Made by a program: the position numbers and the translations under genes. The notes beneath the pieces are model-generated. The model had not been told where the DNA came from, ran no database searches, and was given only the letters and a program-made list of their open reading frames with translations. Of a DNA stretch of 64,000 nt, positions 1 to 9,702 are shown piece by piece; the stretch's first letter is position 1, and the number at the start of each line of letters is the position of its first letter. The stretch comes from an uncultured Chloroflexia bacterium. Lineage in GTDB: Bacteria > Chloroflexota > Limnocylindria > Limnocylindrales > CSP1-4. The stretch is taken from the NCBI GenBank assembly GCA_963713095.1, contig CAVQKK010000005.1:387217-451216 (forward strand), written 5' to 3'.

Positions 1-2
1 GC

Positions 3-446
3 GTCATGGAGCGAACGCCGTGGGTGATCGCGGAGCTGGACGGCGTGGTCCACGGCTACGCGTACGGCTCGCGACACCGCGATCGGGCGGCCTACGACTG
101 GACGGTCGAGACGACGGTGTACATCGACGAAGCGTTTCCTCGGCGAGGCATCGGGCGCGCGTGCATGACCGCGCTGCTTGACATCCTCCGGCTCCAGGGC
201 TTCCACCTGGCGGTGGCCGGGACGACGCTCCCAAACGACGGCTCCGTGGGCCTCCACCGGGCCCTCGGCTTCCGGCACGTCGGCGAGTACCCAGCCGTCG
301 GCCACAAGCTCGGAGCGTGGCACGGCGTCGACTGGTACGCGCTCGAGCTGGCGCCGCGGGCGAACGATCCGCCGCCGATCCGGCCGATCACGGTGCTGAT
401 CGGCAACCGGGAGCTGGAGCAGGCGCTGTCATCCGGCAGGCGGTGA
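3..446 (+). CDS. GNAT family N-acetyltransferase (phosphinothricin acetyltransferase-like), 5' end probably beyond window
   Basis: ORF 6..446; motifs WVIAE..GYAYG, RRGIGRA, LQGFHLAVAG typical of PAT/GNAT fold; family members have ~60 aa N-terminal to this, so likely truncated by window edge. Confidence 0.7.
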   Translation, partial: VMERTPWVIAELDGVVHGYAYGSRHRDRAAYDWTVETTVYIDEAFPRRGIGRACMTALLDILRLQGFHLAVAGTTLPNDGSVGLHRALGFRHVGEYPAVGHKLGAWHGVDWYALELAPRANDPPPIRPITVLIGNRELEQALSSGRR

Positions 447-596
447 GTGGAGCGCCTCCATCGGCGTTCACCGGGCGACGCCGCTCACCCACCTCGCCCC
501 ATCGTCCACCTCGCGCTCGAGCAGGGGGTCAGCGGTCCTCGCACCTGGCCGGGATGAGGCCACGGGGCTGCTCACGCGCAGCGTGGCGCGGCTCGG

Positions 597-1160
597 TCAG
601 CGTTCGTGAACGGCACTCGATGGGGTCGTTGGCACCCAGTAGCGCAGCTTCCCGGCGCGCTGGTCCTCGAGAACCCCTCCGTTGCGCTCGATGACGGCTC
701 GCGACCCGATGTTGTCGACGTCGCAGGTGACGAGCGCCGGGTCGATCCCGAGCTCGCGAGCGACCGCGAGCGCGTGCCGGAGCATCTCGGTCGCATGACC
801 ACGCCGCCGTGCCGACGGCCGGACATCGTAGCCGATGTGCCCGCCGATCTCGAGCAGCATCGGTGTCAGGCGGTGGCGGACACCGACCCTGCCCAGGAAC
901 TCCTCCCCCTCGACCCACCACAGCTCGGTGTCCGGGACGAAGCCCTCGGGGCGCGGCGCGTCCTCGTAGCGGTTCGCTCGGATGGCCGCGACGAACGCGC
1001 CGAAGGCCTCGTCGGTCGCCAGTGCCGGGGCCTGGTCACGCAGATACCGGCCGATGACGGTGCGGTCGTCGGCCGATCCCCGGCCCTCCGCCCGAAGCTC
1101 ATCCATCGCGGCGGCGAACGACCGGCGCAGGCGAACGGACGGCGCGATCAGCTGCGGCAT
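597..1160 (-). CDS. GNAT family acetyltransferase
   Basis: C-terminal 187 aa of ORF 597..1541 starting at MPQLIAPS (ATG at 1160 verified); GNAT-like motifs (HIGYDVRPSARRRGHATEML..ARELG); upstream part of ORF is Arg/Pro-rich junk. Confidence 0.7.
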   Translation of the reverse strand: MPQLIAPSVRLRRSFAAAMDELRAEGRGSADDRTVIGRYLRDQAPALATDEAFGAFVAAIRANRYEDAPRPEGFVPDTELWWVEGEEFLGRVGVRHRLTPMLLEIGGHIGYDVRPSARRRGHATEMLRHALAVARELGIDPALVTCDVDNIGSRAVIERNGGVLEDQRAGKLRYWVPTTPSSAVHER

Positions 1161-1690
1161 GGGCGAATGCTCACCCGGGCCGGCATGACCTGCAACCCCC
1201 CGCTCACGCCCGGCGAGTCGCCGTGCGCGTGCTCCGGTGCGTGCCCTGCCTGTTCCTGACCGACGCTGCGGCAATCGGACTCGGGCTGTCCGGCGTTGGT
1301 CTCGCCCACCAGGAGGCGTATCCGGACGCGGGACGGATCCAGGGCCACATCGTGGAGCTCGGCGAACCAGGAAACGAGGCCGTCGCGACCCCGTGAACCC
1401 CGCGGGCCGGGCTCCGACCGCCGGCATCAGGTGCGGACGCTCAGCCGGGGCATGGGGGGAGGCCCGCGAGGGTTCCGAGCGTGATGAGGACCGGCCACGC
1501 CATCGGGCGCGATCGGGAGCGCGGCGCTGTAGATTGCGCACGGAGGGTCAATGTCTCCCGACGGTGGCGCTTCGGTTGATGTCGAAGCCCACGCCGCAGC
1601 TGCCACCTCATCCATGTCGAGGAGCGATCATGCGTCCGCCGGCCGATCAGACTCCCCCCACCGCGGCCCCAGGTCCATGGGGGTTTGCCG

Positions 1691-2851
1691 ATGGCCACTG
1701 AGTCGGCCTGCCTGCTCATTGCCGACATCTCCGGGTACACGGGTTACCTCGCAGGCGTCGAGATCGATCACGCGCAGGACATCCTCGCGGACCTGATGGG
1801 CACGATCGTCAGCGCGCTGCGGCCCGGCTTCCGGCTCGCCAAGCTCGAAGGCGACGCCGCGTTCACGTACGCCATCACCGAGAAGATCGATGGCTCGCTG
1901 CTCCTCGACACGATCGAGCGGTGCTATTTCGGCTTCCGACGACGACGCCGAGACGTGCGCCAGGCGACGTCGTGCGAGTGCAACGCGTGCATGCGCATCC
2001 CCGACCTCAACCTCAAGTTCGTCGTCCACCACGGCACGATCCTCCGCCAGCGCGTCGCCGGCCGCGAGGAGCTGCTCGGGTCCGACGTCATCGTCGCCCA
2101 TCGCCTGCTCAAGAACGAGGTGGTGGCATCGACCGGCACCGAGGCGTACGCGTTGTTCTCCCAGGCGTGCGTCGACGCGATGGATGTCGACGTGGCCGCG
2201 ATCGGCATGCATCCCTCGAGCGAGACGTACGAGCACATCGGCACCGTGCCCGTGTGGGTCCACGACCTCGGCCGGCGGTGGGACGAGGAGGAGTCGCGGA
2301 CGCGCGTCATCGTCGACGAGGCACGGACGGCATACCGCGCCGACATACCCACGGCCGCGCCGCCGCAGGTGGCGTGGGAGTTCGTGACGACGCCGGGACG
2401 CCGGGTCAGCTGGCAGATCGGCGTGACCGGCGTCGAGGTGGACGCCACCGGCAACCGTCGCGGTGTCGGGACGACCAATCACTGCATGCACGGAAAGGAC
2501 GCGAGCATCGAGGAGCTGCTCGACTGGCGCCCGTACGACTACTTCACCTACCGGAACACCGTCCCGACGCCGATGGGCCCGGTCCGTTTCCTCGTGACGA
2601 CGGGGTTCGAGCCCATGCCCGCGGGCACGGTCATCCACCAGCGTTTCGCCGCCCCTGAGACAGCCAGGGAGCGCGCGATCCTGGAGCAGATGCGGTCCTG
2701 GATGGAGGAGGCGATGCGGGAGAGCAGCGCCCGACTGACCGAGCTCCTCGACGAAGATGTCGAGCGTCGCGGCCGGGACGCGACGGAAGAGCTCGACGTG
2801 CCGCGGCCCCGACCCGGCGGACCGCTCGCGGGCCTGGCGTCGGGAGCGTAG
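1691..2851 (+). CDS. DUF2652-like protein with nucleotidyl-cyclase-homology N-domain and SRPBCC-like C-domain
   Basis: LIADISGYTGY.., KLEGDAAF, GSDVIVAHRL resemble class III cyclase catalytic motifs (FxDIxGFT, KxxGD, GDxVNxAaRl); C-terminal region START/SRPBCC-like; TTG at 1685 or ATG at 1691 after GGGGG. Confidence 0.55.
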   Translation: MATESACLLIADISGYTGYLAGVEIDHAQDILADLMGTIVSALRPGFRLAKLEGDAAFTYAITEKIDGSLLLDTIERCYFGFRRRRRDVRQATSCECNACMRIPDLNLKFVVHHGTILRQRVAGREELLGSDVIVAHRLLKNEVVASTGTEAYALFSQACVDAMDVDVAAIGMHPSSETYEHIGTVPVWVHDLGRRWDEEESRTRVIVDEARTAYRADIPTAAPPQVAWEFVTTPGRRVSWQIGVTGVEVDATGNRRGVGTTNHCMHGKDASIEELLDWRPYDYFTYRNTVPTPMGPVRFLVTTGFEPMPAGTVIHQRFAAPETARERAILEQMRSWMEEAMRESSARLTELLDEDVERRGRDATEELDVPRPRPGGPLAGLASGA

Positions 2852-3107
2852 AGCGGCGGCCGCCACGGCGACGACGGCCCGATCGCGCGAACCGTGGCCG
2901 CGAGGGCGCCGCCCAGTGCCCAGAAAGGTGGTCGCGATCGGGGGTTCCGTCTCGCGGCACTCCGGAGCGACGGCGAAACAACTCCCGGATTGCGGACCAC
3001 GCTGATGCTCGAGTGATCCGTCGGCAAGAGGGCGAATCGCAGTTGCCAGTTCGTCTCGGCCCCGCCGATCCACCGCCGGAATCGGGCGGTCGGCGTAGGC
3101 TGCTCGC

Positions 3108-3734
3108 GTGCTGCCGCAGGCTCGCGCGTTCGACAACGCATACGAGGGAACACCCACCTGGGAGATCGGCCGCCCGCAGCCTGCCGTGCTCCACATGCTC
3201 GAGGCGGGCCTGGTGGACGGTGACGTCCTGGACGTGGGCTGTGGGACAGGCGAGCATGCGCGGCTTCTTGCGGCCCTCGGCCATCGCGTCGTGGGCATCG
3301 ACTTCTCGACCCGCGCGATCAAGCTGGCCCGGCTCCGCTCGCGAAGTCGGAGGCTGAGCGGCGGCCAGGCAACCGAGCGGGCGCCGGCGCCGGAGTTTGC
3401 CGTCGCCGACGTGCGCGCCCTCGCCGATCTCGAACGCAGCTTCGACACCGTCCTGGACGTGGGCTGCTTCCACACCCTGCAGCCGGACGATCGCGGCGCG
3501 TACGCAGCGAGCGTCCGGAGCGTGCTTCGATCCGGTGGGCGCCTGCTGCTGCTGTGCTGGAGCGACCGCAATCCGTTCGGTTACGGGCCCGCCCGGATCC
3601 GGCGGCGCGACATCCGGGCGAGCTTCCGGACTGGCTGGGTGATCGAGGCGGTGACGGCCGAGACGCTGGACACGCGCCTGGAGCCGGCGCAGGTCCACGC
3701 CTGGCTGGCGGTCGCGAGGCGGACCGTCGGGTGA
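3108..3734 (+). CDS. class I SAM-dependent methyltransferase
   Basis: VLDVGCGTGEHARLLAALGHRVVGIDFS motif I; GTG start; stop overlaps next start (GTGA). Confidence 0.8.
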   Translation: MLPQARAFDNAYEGTPTWEIGRPQPAVLHMLEAGLVDGDVLDVGCGTGEHARLLAALGHRVVGIDFSTRAIKLARLRSRSRRLSGGQATERAPAPEFAVADVRALADLERSFDTVLDVGCFHTLQPDDRGAYAASVRSVLRSGGRLLLLCWSDRNPFGYGPARIRRRDIRASFRTGWVIEAVTAETLDTRLEPAQVHAWLAVARRTVG

Positions 3735-4750
3735 CACCGACGCGACGCCTCGCCGGCGGGCTCGTCATCGGCGTCGTCGTCCTGGCCCTGTTCGCGGTGA
3801 TCACGAGCCCCGGCAGACTGTCGCCGACGCCCACGCCATCGCCGACCTCGTCGCCGTCGGTGACCCCTTCGTCCGCCTCGGCGCCGGCGAGCACCTCCAG
3901 CCCGGCGGGCAAGGGCCCTTCGCCCGCGGCCTCTCCCACGGCCGGTACCGGCGGTGGAAGCGGCGTGCCGGCATTCCGCCACGTGTACCTCATCGTGATG
4001 GAGAACAAGGACTACGGGTCGATCGTCGGCAGCTCGGCCGCCCCCTACCTCAACCGCCTCATCCACGACTACGGCCTCGCCAGCCGCTACAACGCCGTCG
4101 CCCACCCATCCGAGCCGAACTACATCGCGCTCTTCTCGGGCGCGACGCAGGGGGTGAACGACGACGGCGTGCACGACCTTTCGGCGAAGAACGTCGCCGA
4201 TCAGCTCGAGGACCATGGCCGAACCTGGCGGGTGTTCGCCCAGAACGTCCCGCGCGGCTGCTTCACGGGCACGGTGGCCTCCGGCGGCGCGGACGGAACG
4301 GGCACCTACGCACGCAAGCATGAGCCGGCGATCAGCTTCGCCGACATCGCGTCCGATCCGGCCCGATGCCGGAACATCACCAACTTCAGCGACTTCGATC
4401 CGGCCGCCGCGGACTTCGAGCTGATCGTGCCCAACATGTGCAACGACATGCACGACTGCTCGGTCTCGACCGGCGACGATTTCCTGCGCTCGTTCGTGCC
4501 GCGGATCACCGGCAGCGCGGCCTTCGCCGACAGCGTCCTGTTCATCACCTGGGACGAGGGGACGGGCGGATCAGGCGGCGGTGGCAGGGTCGCCACCATC
4601 GTCGTGAGCCCGCTCGTGAACGCGGGCTTCGTCTCAAACGTCCCCCACACCCACTACTCGCTGCTCCGGACGATCGAGGCCGCCTGGGACCTGGGCTGCC
4701 TCCGCCACAGCTGCTCGGCGAACGACCTGCGCGAGTTCTTCGCCGGATAG
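3731..4750 (+). CDS. secreted/membrane-anchored phosphoesterase family protein (AcpA / phospholipase C-like, PF04185-like)
   Basis: GTG at 3731 overlapping upstream stop; N-terminal TM/signal (LVIGVVVLALFAV), Pro/Ser/Thr linker, then VYLIVMENKDYGSIVG..PNYIALFSGAT motifs of the phosphoesterase family. Confidence 0.7.
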   Translation: MTPTRRLAGGLVIGVVVLALFAVITSPGRLSPTPTPSPTSSPSVTPSSASAPASTSSPAGKGPSPAASPTAGTGGGSGVPAFRHVYLIVMENKDYGSIVGSSAAPYLNRLIHDYGLASRYNAVAHPSEPNYIALFSGATQGVNDDGVHDLSAKNVADQLEDHGRTWRVFAQNVPRGCFTGTVASGGADGTGTYARKHEPAISFADIASDPARCRNITNFSDFDPAAADFELIVPNMCNDMHDCSVSTGDDFLRSFVPRITGSAAFADSVLFITWDEGTGGSGGGGRVATIVVSPLVNAGFVSNVPHTHYSLLRTIEAAWDLGCLRHSCSANDLREFFAG

Positions 4751-5156
4751 CAGCGCGGCACGCATGCCGCACGGAGACACTATGGTCTCCGAGCGTGCGT
4801 GGAACCGATGCAGCTTGAGCACCCAACGCGGCGTCCCCATCGCATGAACGTGGCGAGGCGGCCCGCTCGTGGGCTGCGCACACCGCCTCCCGGCGCGCCG
4901 ACCGTGCCGCATGCGGCAACCCACGTCGCCAGGAGCAGCGCGGCCAGCGGCGCCCGTGCCGGGAGCATCCTGCCAGCCAGGTCCGTCACGGCGAAGGCTG
5001 TGTCGTGACGATGATCGAGAATGGCTCGCTCATGAGCATCCCGTTCGGAGTCCCGTCGCTCGGAGCCGACTGATGGATCGGGACCGCGGCGTGCGCGACA
5101 TACGGGCCGTCGGGGAGCAGTCGAACCTTCATCGCGGTCACGGAGCTCGCGATCCC

Positions 5157-5576
5157 CTACCCCGACACCTCGAGGCCGTAGGCCGCGTACGCGTCAACCC
5201 CGACGTGGAGGTAGATCAGGGTGTCGCACGGCTGCGCTCCGCGGGCATGCTGCTGTTCGGTGAAGGGCGCGAACAACGGGATCTGGCCGATCACGGGCTC
5301 CAGGACCACCGGGCGGGAGCCGGGTGCCGTCTTCGCCTCGATCTGTGCCCGGGTGAAGACCGTCGTGACGTCGGGACTCGTGACGTAGCTCTGCCCGCAG
5401 GTCGGTATCCGCATCGGTCGCCCGAACAGGGAACCCTCGGGCTCGAACTCGTGCGCGATCGTGATCACTGCTGCGACGATCACCACGCCGACCACCAGGT
5501 TCGTCACCAGGACGCCGAGCAGGACGTCGTCGCGCCGGGGCCGACGCCACCACCGACTCCTCGTCAATGTCGTCAC
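5157..5576 (-). CDS. hypothetical membrane-anchored protein
   Basis: 139-aa C-terminal part of ORF 5157..6044; GTG at 5576 preceded by AAGGGG RBS; N-terminal TM helix VLLGVLVTNLVVGVVIVAAVI. Confidence 0.4.
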   Translation of the reverse strand: MTTLTRSRWWRRPRRDDVLLGVLVTNLVVGVVIVAAVITIAHEFEPEGSLFGRPMRIPTCGQSYVTSPDVTTVFTRAQIEAKTAPGSRPVVLEPVIGQIPLFAPFTEQQHARGAQPCDTLIYLHVGVDAYAAYGLEVSG

Positions 5577-5889
5577 GGTCTGCCCCTTGCACCGCCCGGA
5601 GGATGCGGCTCCCGAAGCGCGTCCGCCAGTCCGATGGTGGTGAGGTGTCTCATCCGAGGTCAAGGGGCGAAAGGCCCGTGGGAGGAGAGCTCGGGCCGCT
5701 CGTGGCTGCGGGCCGAAATGCAGGAGGTCGCCTCCCCGAGCGTTCGCCAATCTCACGCGAGCGATCCGCCGCTCAGCCCTTGCTGCGTTCACGCCGCGCG
5801 GACGTCCGTTCGGGACCTTGACCGCGTGAGGAACCGACCACACGCCTGTCACGTCCAAGCACCACCGATGACGCTCAGGAGGGTTGAGC

Positions 5890-6300
5890 ATGACGAAGGG
5901 CCGTGCCGTTCTGCCGCTGGTGGCCGCACTGCTGCTCGCGGGCTGCTCACTCCTCACGACGGCGCCCGGGCCGCACCCGACCGCGCCAGCCGCCGGCGAC
6001 CTCGCCCATCGCCAGGTGATCCAGACCGGGAATGGATCGGTCACGTTTCTTCCCGCTTCGCCGCACGAGGCTGTCGTGGGGGCCGAGTATGCCTACAGCA
6101 TGCCGATGTGCGGCACGCTGGGCCCGATTGACGTGGACGGGTCGTTCTGGGACGCGACGGGCGACGGTGGCGGCCTCGACGGGCAGCTCGGCGTGTTCCG
6201 CCTCGTCACGCCATCGAACGCCGTCTTCGCCGCGAAGGACGGGCGGTCAGTCAGCCTGACCCGCCACGACGGCCCCAAGACCTTTTCCATCTGCTCGTAG
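5890..6300 (+). CDS. lipoprotein (unknown function)
   Basis: AGGAGG RBS 7 nt upstream of ATG 5890; signal peptide with lipobox LLLAGCS. Confidence 0.7.
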   Translation: MTKGRAVLPLVAALLLAGCSLLTTAPGPHPTAPAAGDLAHRQVIQTGNGSVTFLPASPHEAVVGAEYAYSMPMCGTLGPIDVDGSFWDATGDGGGLDGQLGVFRLVTPSNAVFAAKDGRSVSLTRHDGPKTFSICS

Positions 6301-6574
6301 CGGTCCGGCAGCGGCGGGTTGGAAAGCCGCACGGATGTCAGTCCGTTCACCCGCGTGAGCCGAGCCCCCCCCGGGTGAACGCGAGCTGCTTCATCGCATC
6401 GGAAGCATCGGGGTGCTCGTCAAGGAGCAGCTTGAGAGGTGCGAGCAGGTACGTGACAGTCAGCTCGACCCTGACCCGGACGGTACGGTCGAGTCATTGA
6501 CCGCCTGGTCCGCGAGCGTTCGCCAATGTCACCAAAGCATAGGCGCCGAGACTCGCGGTGACTCGCAGGTCCGA

Positions 6575-7168
6575 TCAGCCAAGCTCATTCCACGTGATTG
6601 TCGTCAGCATCGCTTGGATCTGCGCCTGCAGGCGGTCGAGGGACGGACCCCGCAGGCAGGCACGCATCTCGGTCCAGTTCCAGTCCGGCGTGGGATCGTC
6701 GATCGTGGCGACCAGCTCGCGCTCGCCACCGATCGACTGGCATGCCTCTTCGATCGGATCGACCTGTTCGAGGGTCGCCCTCCTGCCACCGGCGGTGATC
6801 AGGTGCCCCTTGGTCGAGTCAAACGTCCAGCCAGGGAAGGAATCCCTCAACCACTCGACCAGGACGCCGTCCGGCGCGAGCTCGGAGACCACCGTGCGGA
6901 CGCAGGCGATCGAGTTCGAGGTGCGATCGCACGGATCGGACATCGGCGCGGTCGAGAGATACACGAGCACGGTCGTGAAGCTCGACGTCACCTCGAACGT
7001 GGCATTGCCCCAGGCACCCGGGTAGTCGAAGGAGAGCACCTCGCCATCGAAGTGGCGGAACGACGGCGTCGAGGGACTAGGTGAGGCGCTGCCGCCGCAT
7101 GCCACGAGCGCGACCGATGCGAGCATGCACGAGGCCACAAAGCGAGCGGGTGGCACGGTCCTGGGCAT
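6575..7168 (-). CDS. lipoprotein (unknown function)
   Basis: AAGGAGG RBS upstream of ATG at 7168; lipobox LVACGGS. Confidence 0.75.
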   Translation of the reverse strand: MPRTVPPARFVASCMLASVALVACGGSASPSPSTPSFRHFDGEVLSFDYPGAWGNATFEVTSSFTTVLVYLSTAPMSDPCDRTSNSIACVRTVVSELAPDGVLVEWLRDSFPGWTFDSTKGHLITAGGRRATLEQVDPIEEACQSIGGERELVATIDDPTPDWNWTEMRACLRGPSLDRLQAQIQAMLTTITWNELG

Positions 7169-7327
7169 CGCACCTCCTTGCAGTGCGAGTATCGACGATC
7201 ACCGCGATCAGGCGAAGGCAACCGGCCGCGCGACTTCGAGCTGCCCCGGCTTTCGCCGGTGCCGCGGTCCGGAGGCCTCCGCGTGTTGGCGCACCTGGGT
7301 GGGGGGCGCCCCGATCCGGACTTCGGC

Positions 7328-7732
7328 TCAGGTGTCGGCAGCCCGGCGCAGGCGCTCGAGCTCGCGCCGAAGCCGCTTGCTGGGCCGGCCCTCGCCCCGG
7401 ACAGCCATGATCCCCGGTCGGACCTCAATCACGACCGGCGGTGGGCTGTGGTCCACGTAGCACGTTGCGGCGACGGGAGCTCCGACACGCGACTCGATCG
7501 GCCGCACGACCTCAACGATGCGCTCGCGATCCGCGATCAGCGCCTCCACCCGGTCGCCTGCGCGAACCCTCGTCGACGGCTTTGCCGGCACTCCATTGAC
7601 ACGGACGTGACCGCCCTCGCACAGTCGCATCGCAAGCGGGCGGGTCTTCACCAGGCGCACCGCGCATAGCCAGCGATCGACGCGTGTCTCCGAAGTGGCA
7701 CGTGCGCCAATGTCACCCGAGACCGGGCTCAC
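7328..7732 (-). CDS. S4 RNA-binding domain protein, Hsp15 (HslR)-like
   Basis: S4 motif RVDRWLCAVRLVKTRPLAMRLCEGGHVRVNG and basic C-tail; GTG at 7732 gives 134 aa (Hsp15 size); upstream ORF part is junk. Confidence 0.6.
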   Translation of the reverse strand: MSPVSGDIGARATSETRVDRWLCAVRLVKTRPLAMRLCEGGHVRVNGVPAKPSTRVRAGDRVEALIADRERIVEVVRPIESRVGAPVAATCYVDHSPPPVVIEVRPGIMAVRGEGRPSKRLRRELERLRRAADT

Positions 7733-7737
7733 GGTTA

Positions 7738-7827
7738 CGACTTCGCGCGGAACCGCCACATCAGCACCACCGCGACGAGCGCGATGAGCAGGACGATCAC
7801 CAGCTCGCTGGGGCCGATCTGCGGCAT
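7738..7827 (-). CDS. small hydrophobic membrane peptide (30 aa)
   Basis: MPQIGPSELVIVLLIALVAVVLMWRFRAKS; ATG at 7827 preceded by GGAGAGGAG with 5-nt spacer; TAA stop 2 nt before the Hsp15-like GTG. Confidence 0.4.
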
Positions 7828-8035
7828 GCCGGCTCCTCTCCTCGGACCTAACGTCCGGTTGGGCAGCATCATGTGGCGATGGGCTGGGCGGTGCAAGGGC
7901 CATTCACCGGCCCTTGCCGTGATCGATCCCAGCCCGCCGAGTGGCACCGAGACCCTCCAGCGTTCGCGGATTCCACCTGAGGCTCGTCGCCAGGGAGAAG
8001 CGATAATCCCGTGGACCAAGCAGATCGTGGCAAGG

Positions 8036-8785
8036 ATGACCCTCGGAGCTGTGTTCTCGGACGCGGATGTCGCGCGTCTCTACCGCCATCGCGCCCCATA
8101 CCCCGACGAGGTGCTCACCGCCCTCGCCGGTCTCCTCGTCTCCCCGGGCTCCATCCTGGACGTCGGAACGGGCACCGGAGCGCTCGCTCGGCGCATGCTC
8201 GCCTTCGCCGAGGGCGTGGACGCGGTCGATCCCTCCGCCGCGATGATCGAGGAAGGTCGTCGCCTGCCCGGCGGCACCGACGGACGCCTGCGCTGGATCA
8301 CCGGGCGCGCGGAGGACGCGCCGTTGTCCCCGCCCTACGGCCTCATCACGGCAGGCGCGAGCCTCCACTGGGTCGACGTCGACGTGGCGCTGCCCAGATT
8401 CCGAGACGCGCTCGCCCCGGGTGCGGTCATGGCCATCGCGGATACCGAGCCTGTCCATGGCGCCTATCACACAGACCTCACGGCCGTGGTGCGAGCGTAC
8501 TCCGAGGTCGACTACCACACCGAGACTCCGGAGCTCGTGGAAGACCTCCGCGCCGCAGGTCGCTTCACGCTCGATGGTGAGCTGCGCACCGAGCTGCTGT
8601 CGGTCGAGCAATCGATCGACGACTACATCGACATGCTCCACAGTACGTCCACGCTCGCCCGGATTCGGCTTGGCGATCGCGCCTCACAGTTCGACGCGGA
8701 CATTCGAGACGTGTTCGCACGCCACGGGCTCGATCGAGTCCGGTTCGGCGTCGTCGGACTCGTGTCCTGGGGCCGCCCGACGTAG
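8036..8785 (+). CDS. class I SAM-dependent methyltransferase
   Basis: ILDVGTGTGALARRM motif; ATG at 8036 (MTLGAVFSDADV); upstream part of ORF 7784.. is antisense of neighbouring genes. Confidence 0.75.
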   Translation: MTLGAVFSDADVARLYRHRAPYPDEVLTALAGLLVSPGSILDVGTGTGALARRMLAFAEGVDAVDPSAAMIEEGRRLPGGTDGRLRWITGRAEDAPLSPPYGLITAGASLHWVDVDVALPRFRDALAPGAVMAIADTEPVHGAYHTDLTAVVRAYSEVDYHTETPELVEDLRAAGRFTLDGELRTELLSVEQSIDDYIDMLHSTSTLARIRLGDRASQFDADIRDVFARHGLDRVRFGVVGLVSWGRPT

Positions 8786-8984
8786 TCGCCAGCCGGGCGT
8801 CCGCTCACCCCCTGAGCATGCGCGAACGTCACATGGCTGAGATCGCGCTGACCGCCGGGCTTGCGAGGCCAGATTCGATGGTGGCGTGGACCCGCCCCGA
8901 CCCGACCCCGAGGGCAAGCAGGAGGAGGACGGCGACCACGAGCGCGGCCAGAGTCCCGAGATCGACCTCCAGGCCTCTCTGATG

Positions 8985-9647
8985 TCAGAGACCGAACAGC
9001 CTCCAGTTCCCCTCGGAGATGACTTCCACGGTGCCGTTGGTCACTCGGATGGCGGTTTCATCGTCGATCGCGTACCCGGGCACGGGGAGGTTGGCGGCCC
9101 ATCGCACTGCATTGGCCATGGAATGGTCCGGCATATTCGGATGATCCAGGTGCGGAAAGATGGCGAAATCGACCATGCCCAGTGCTTGATCGCCACTGGT
9201 GGTCGGAACCCGGTAGACGAATTCCTCCCCGACATTGGGGGCCATCACCAGGCTGCCGGCGCTTACTCCGACATAGACCGCGCGTAGCGATGGCAGGAGG
9301 TCTGCCAGTCCGGACCGCCGCATCCAGTCGCAGAGGTATAGGGGATCGCCGCCCCCCACCAGAATGGCGTCGGTCTCTCGAACCATGGGAACCCAATGCG
9401 CTTCCTCGATGGTGGGGAGCGCGGTGAGCTCCAGCACGCCCAGGGAATTCCATCCCAAGTCGCACAACGGAGTGACGGCTCGTCCCGTGATCAGCCGCCA
9501 GGCGCTGGCAGCCCCGCCGGGAAAGGCGTACGTCGCGGTGGGGATGCAGAGAGCGCTGGACTCGGCAATCGGTTTGCCAAGAAGGTCGACCAGCGCGCTA
9601 CGGATGCTCGCGTTCTTGATGCCCGCAGAAGTCAGCAGAAGCTTCAC
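8985..9647 (-). CDS. pepE: peptidase E / S51-family dipeptidase (class I glutamine amidotransferase-like)
   Basis: GTG start with GGGAG RBS; LLLTSAG.., AILVGGGDPLYL, VGVSAGS motifs of S51. Confidence 0.75.
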   Translation of the reverse strand: MKLLLTSAGIKNASIRSALVDLLGKPIAESSALCIPTATYAFPGGAASAWRLITGRAVTPLCDLGWNSLGVLELTALPTIEEAHWVPMVRETDAILVGGGDPLYLCDWMRRSGLADLLPSLRAVYVGVSAGSLVMAPNVGEEFVYRVPTTSGDQALGMVDFAIFPHLDHPNMPDHSMANAVRWAANLPVPGYAIDDETAIRVTNGTVEVISEGNWRLFGL

Positions 9648-9702
9648 AGTGTCTCCCGGGTCACAAGAGCGGGTGATGTCAGCAGGCCCGCGAAAAGGCG
9701 GT

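Noticed and set aside
1628-3571. 647-aa ORF on minus strand (also 50475..52100 -, 15433..16905 +, 15662..17761 +, 34005..34931 +, 11609..13012 +)
   Set aside because: These are antisense to well-supported genes (DUF2652-like, MsiK, FtsX, MFS, transposase), with Arg/Pro/Gly-rich low-complexity translations typical of shadow ORFs in 70% GC DNA.
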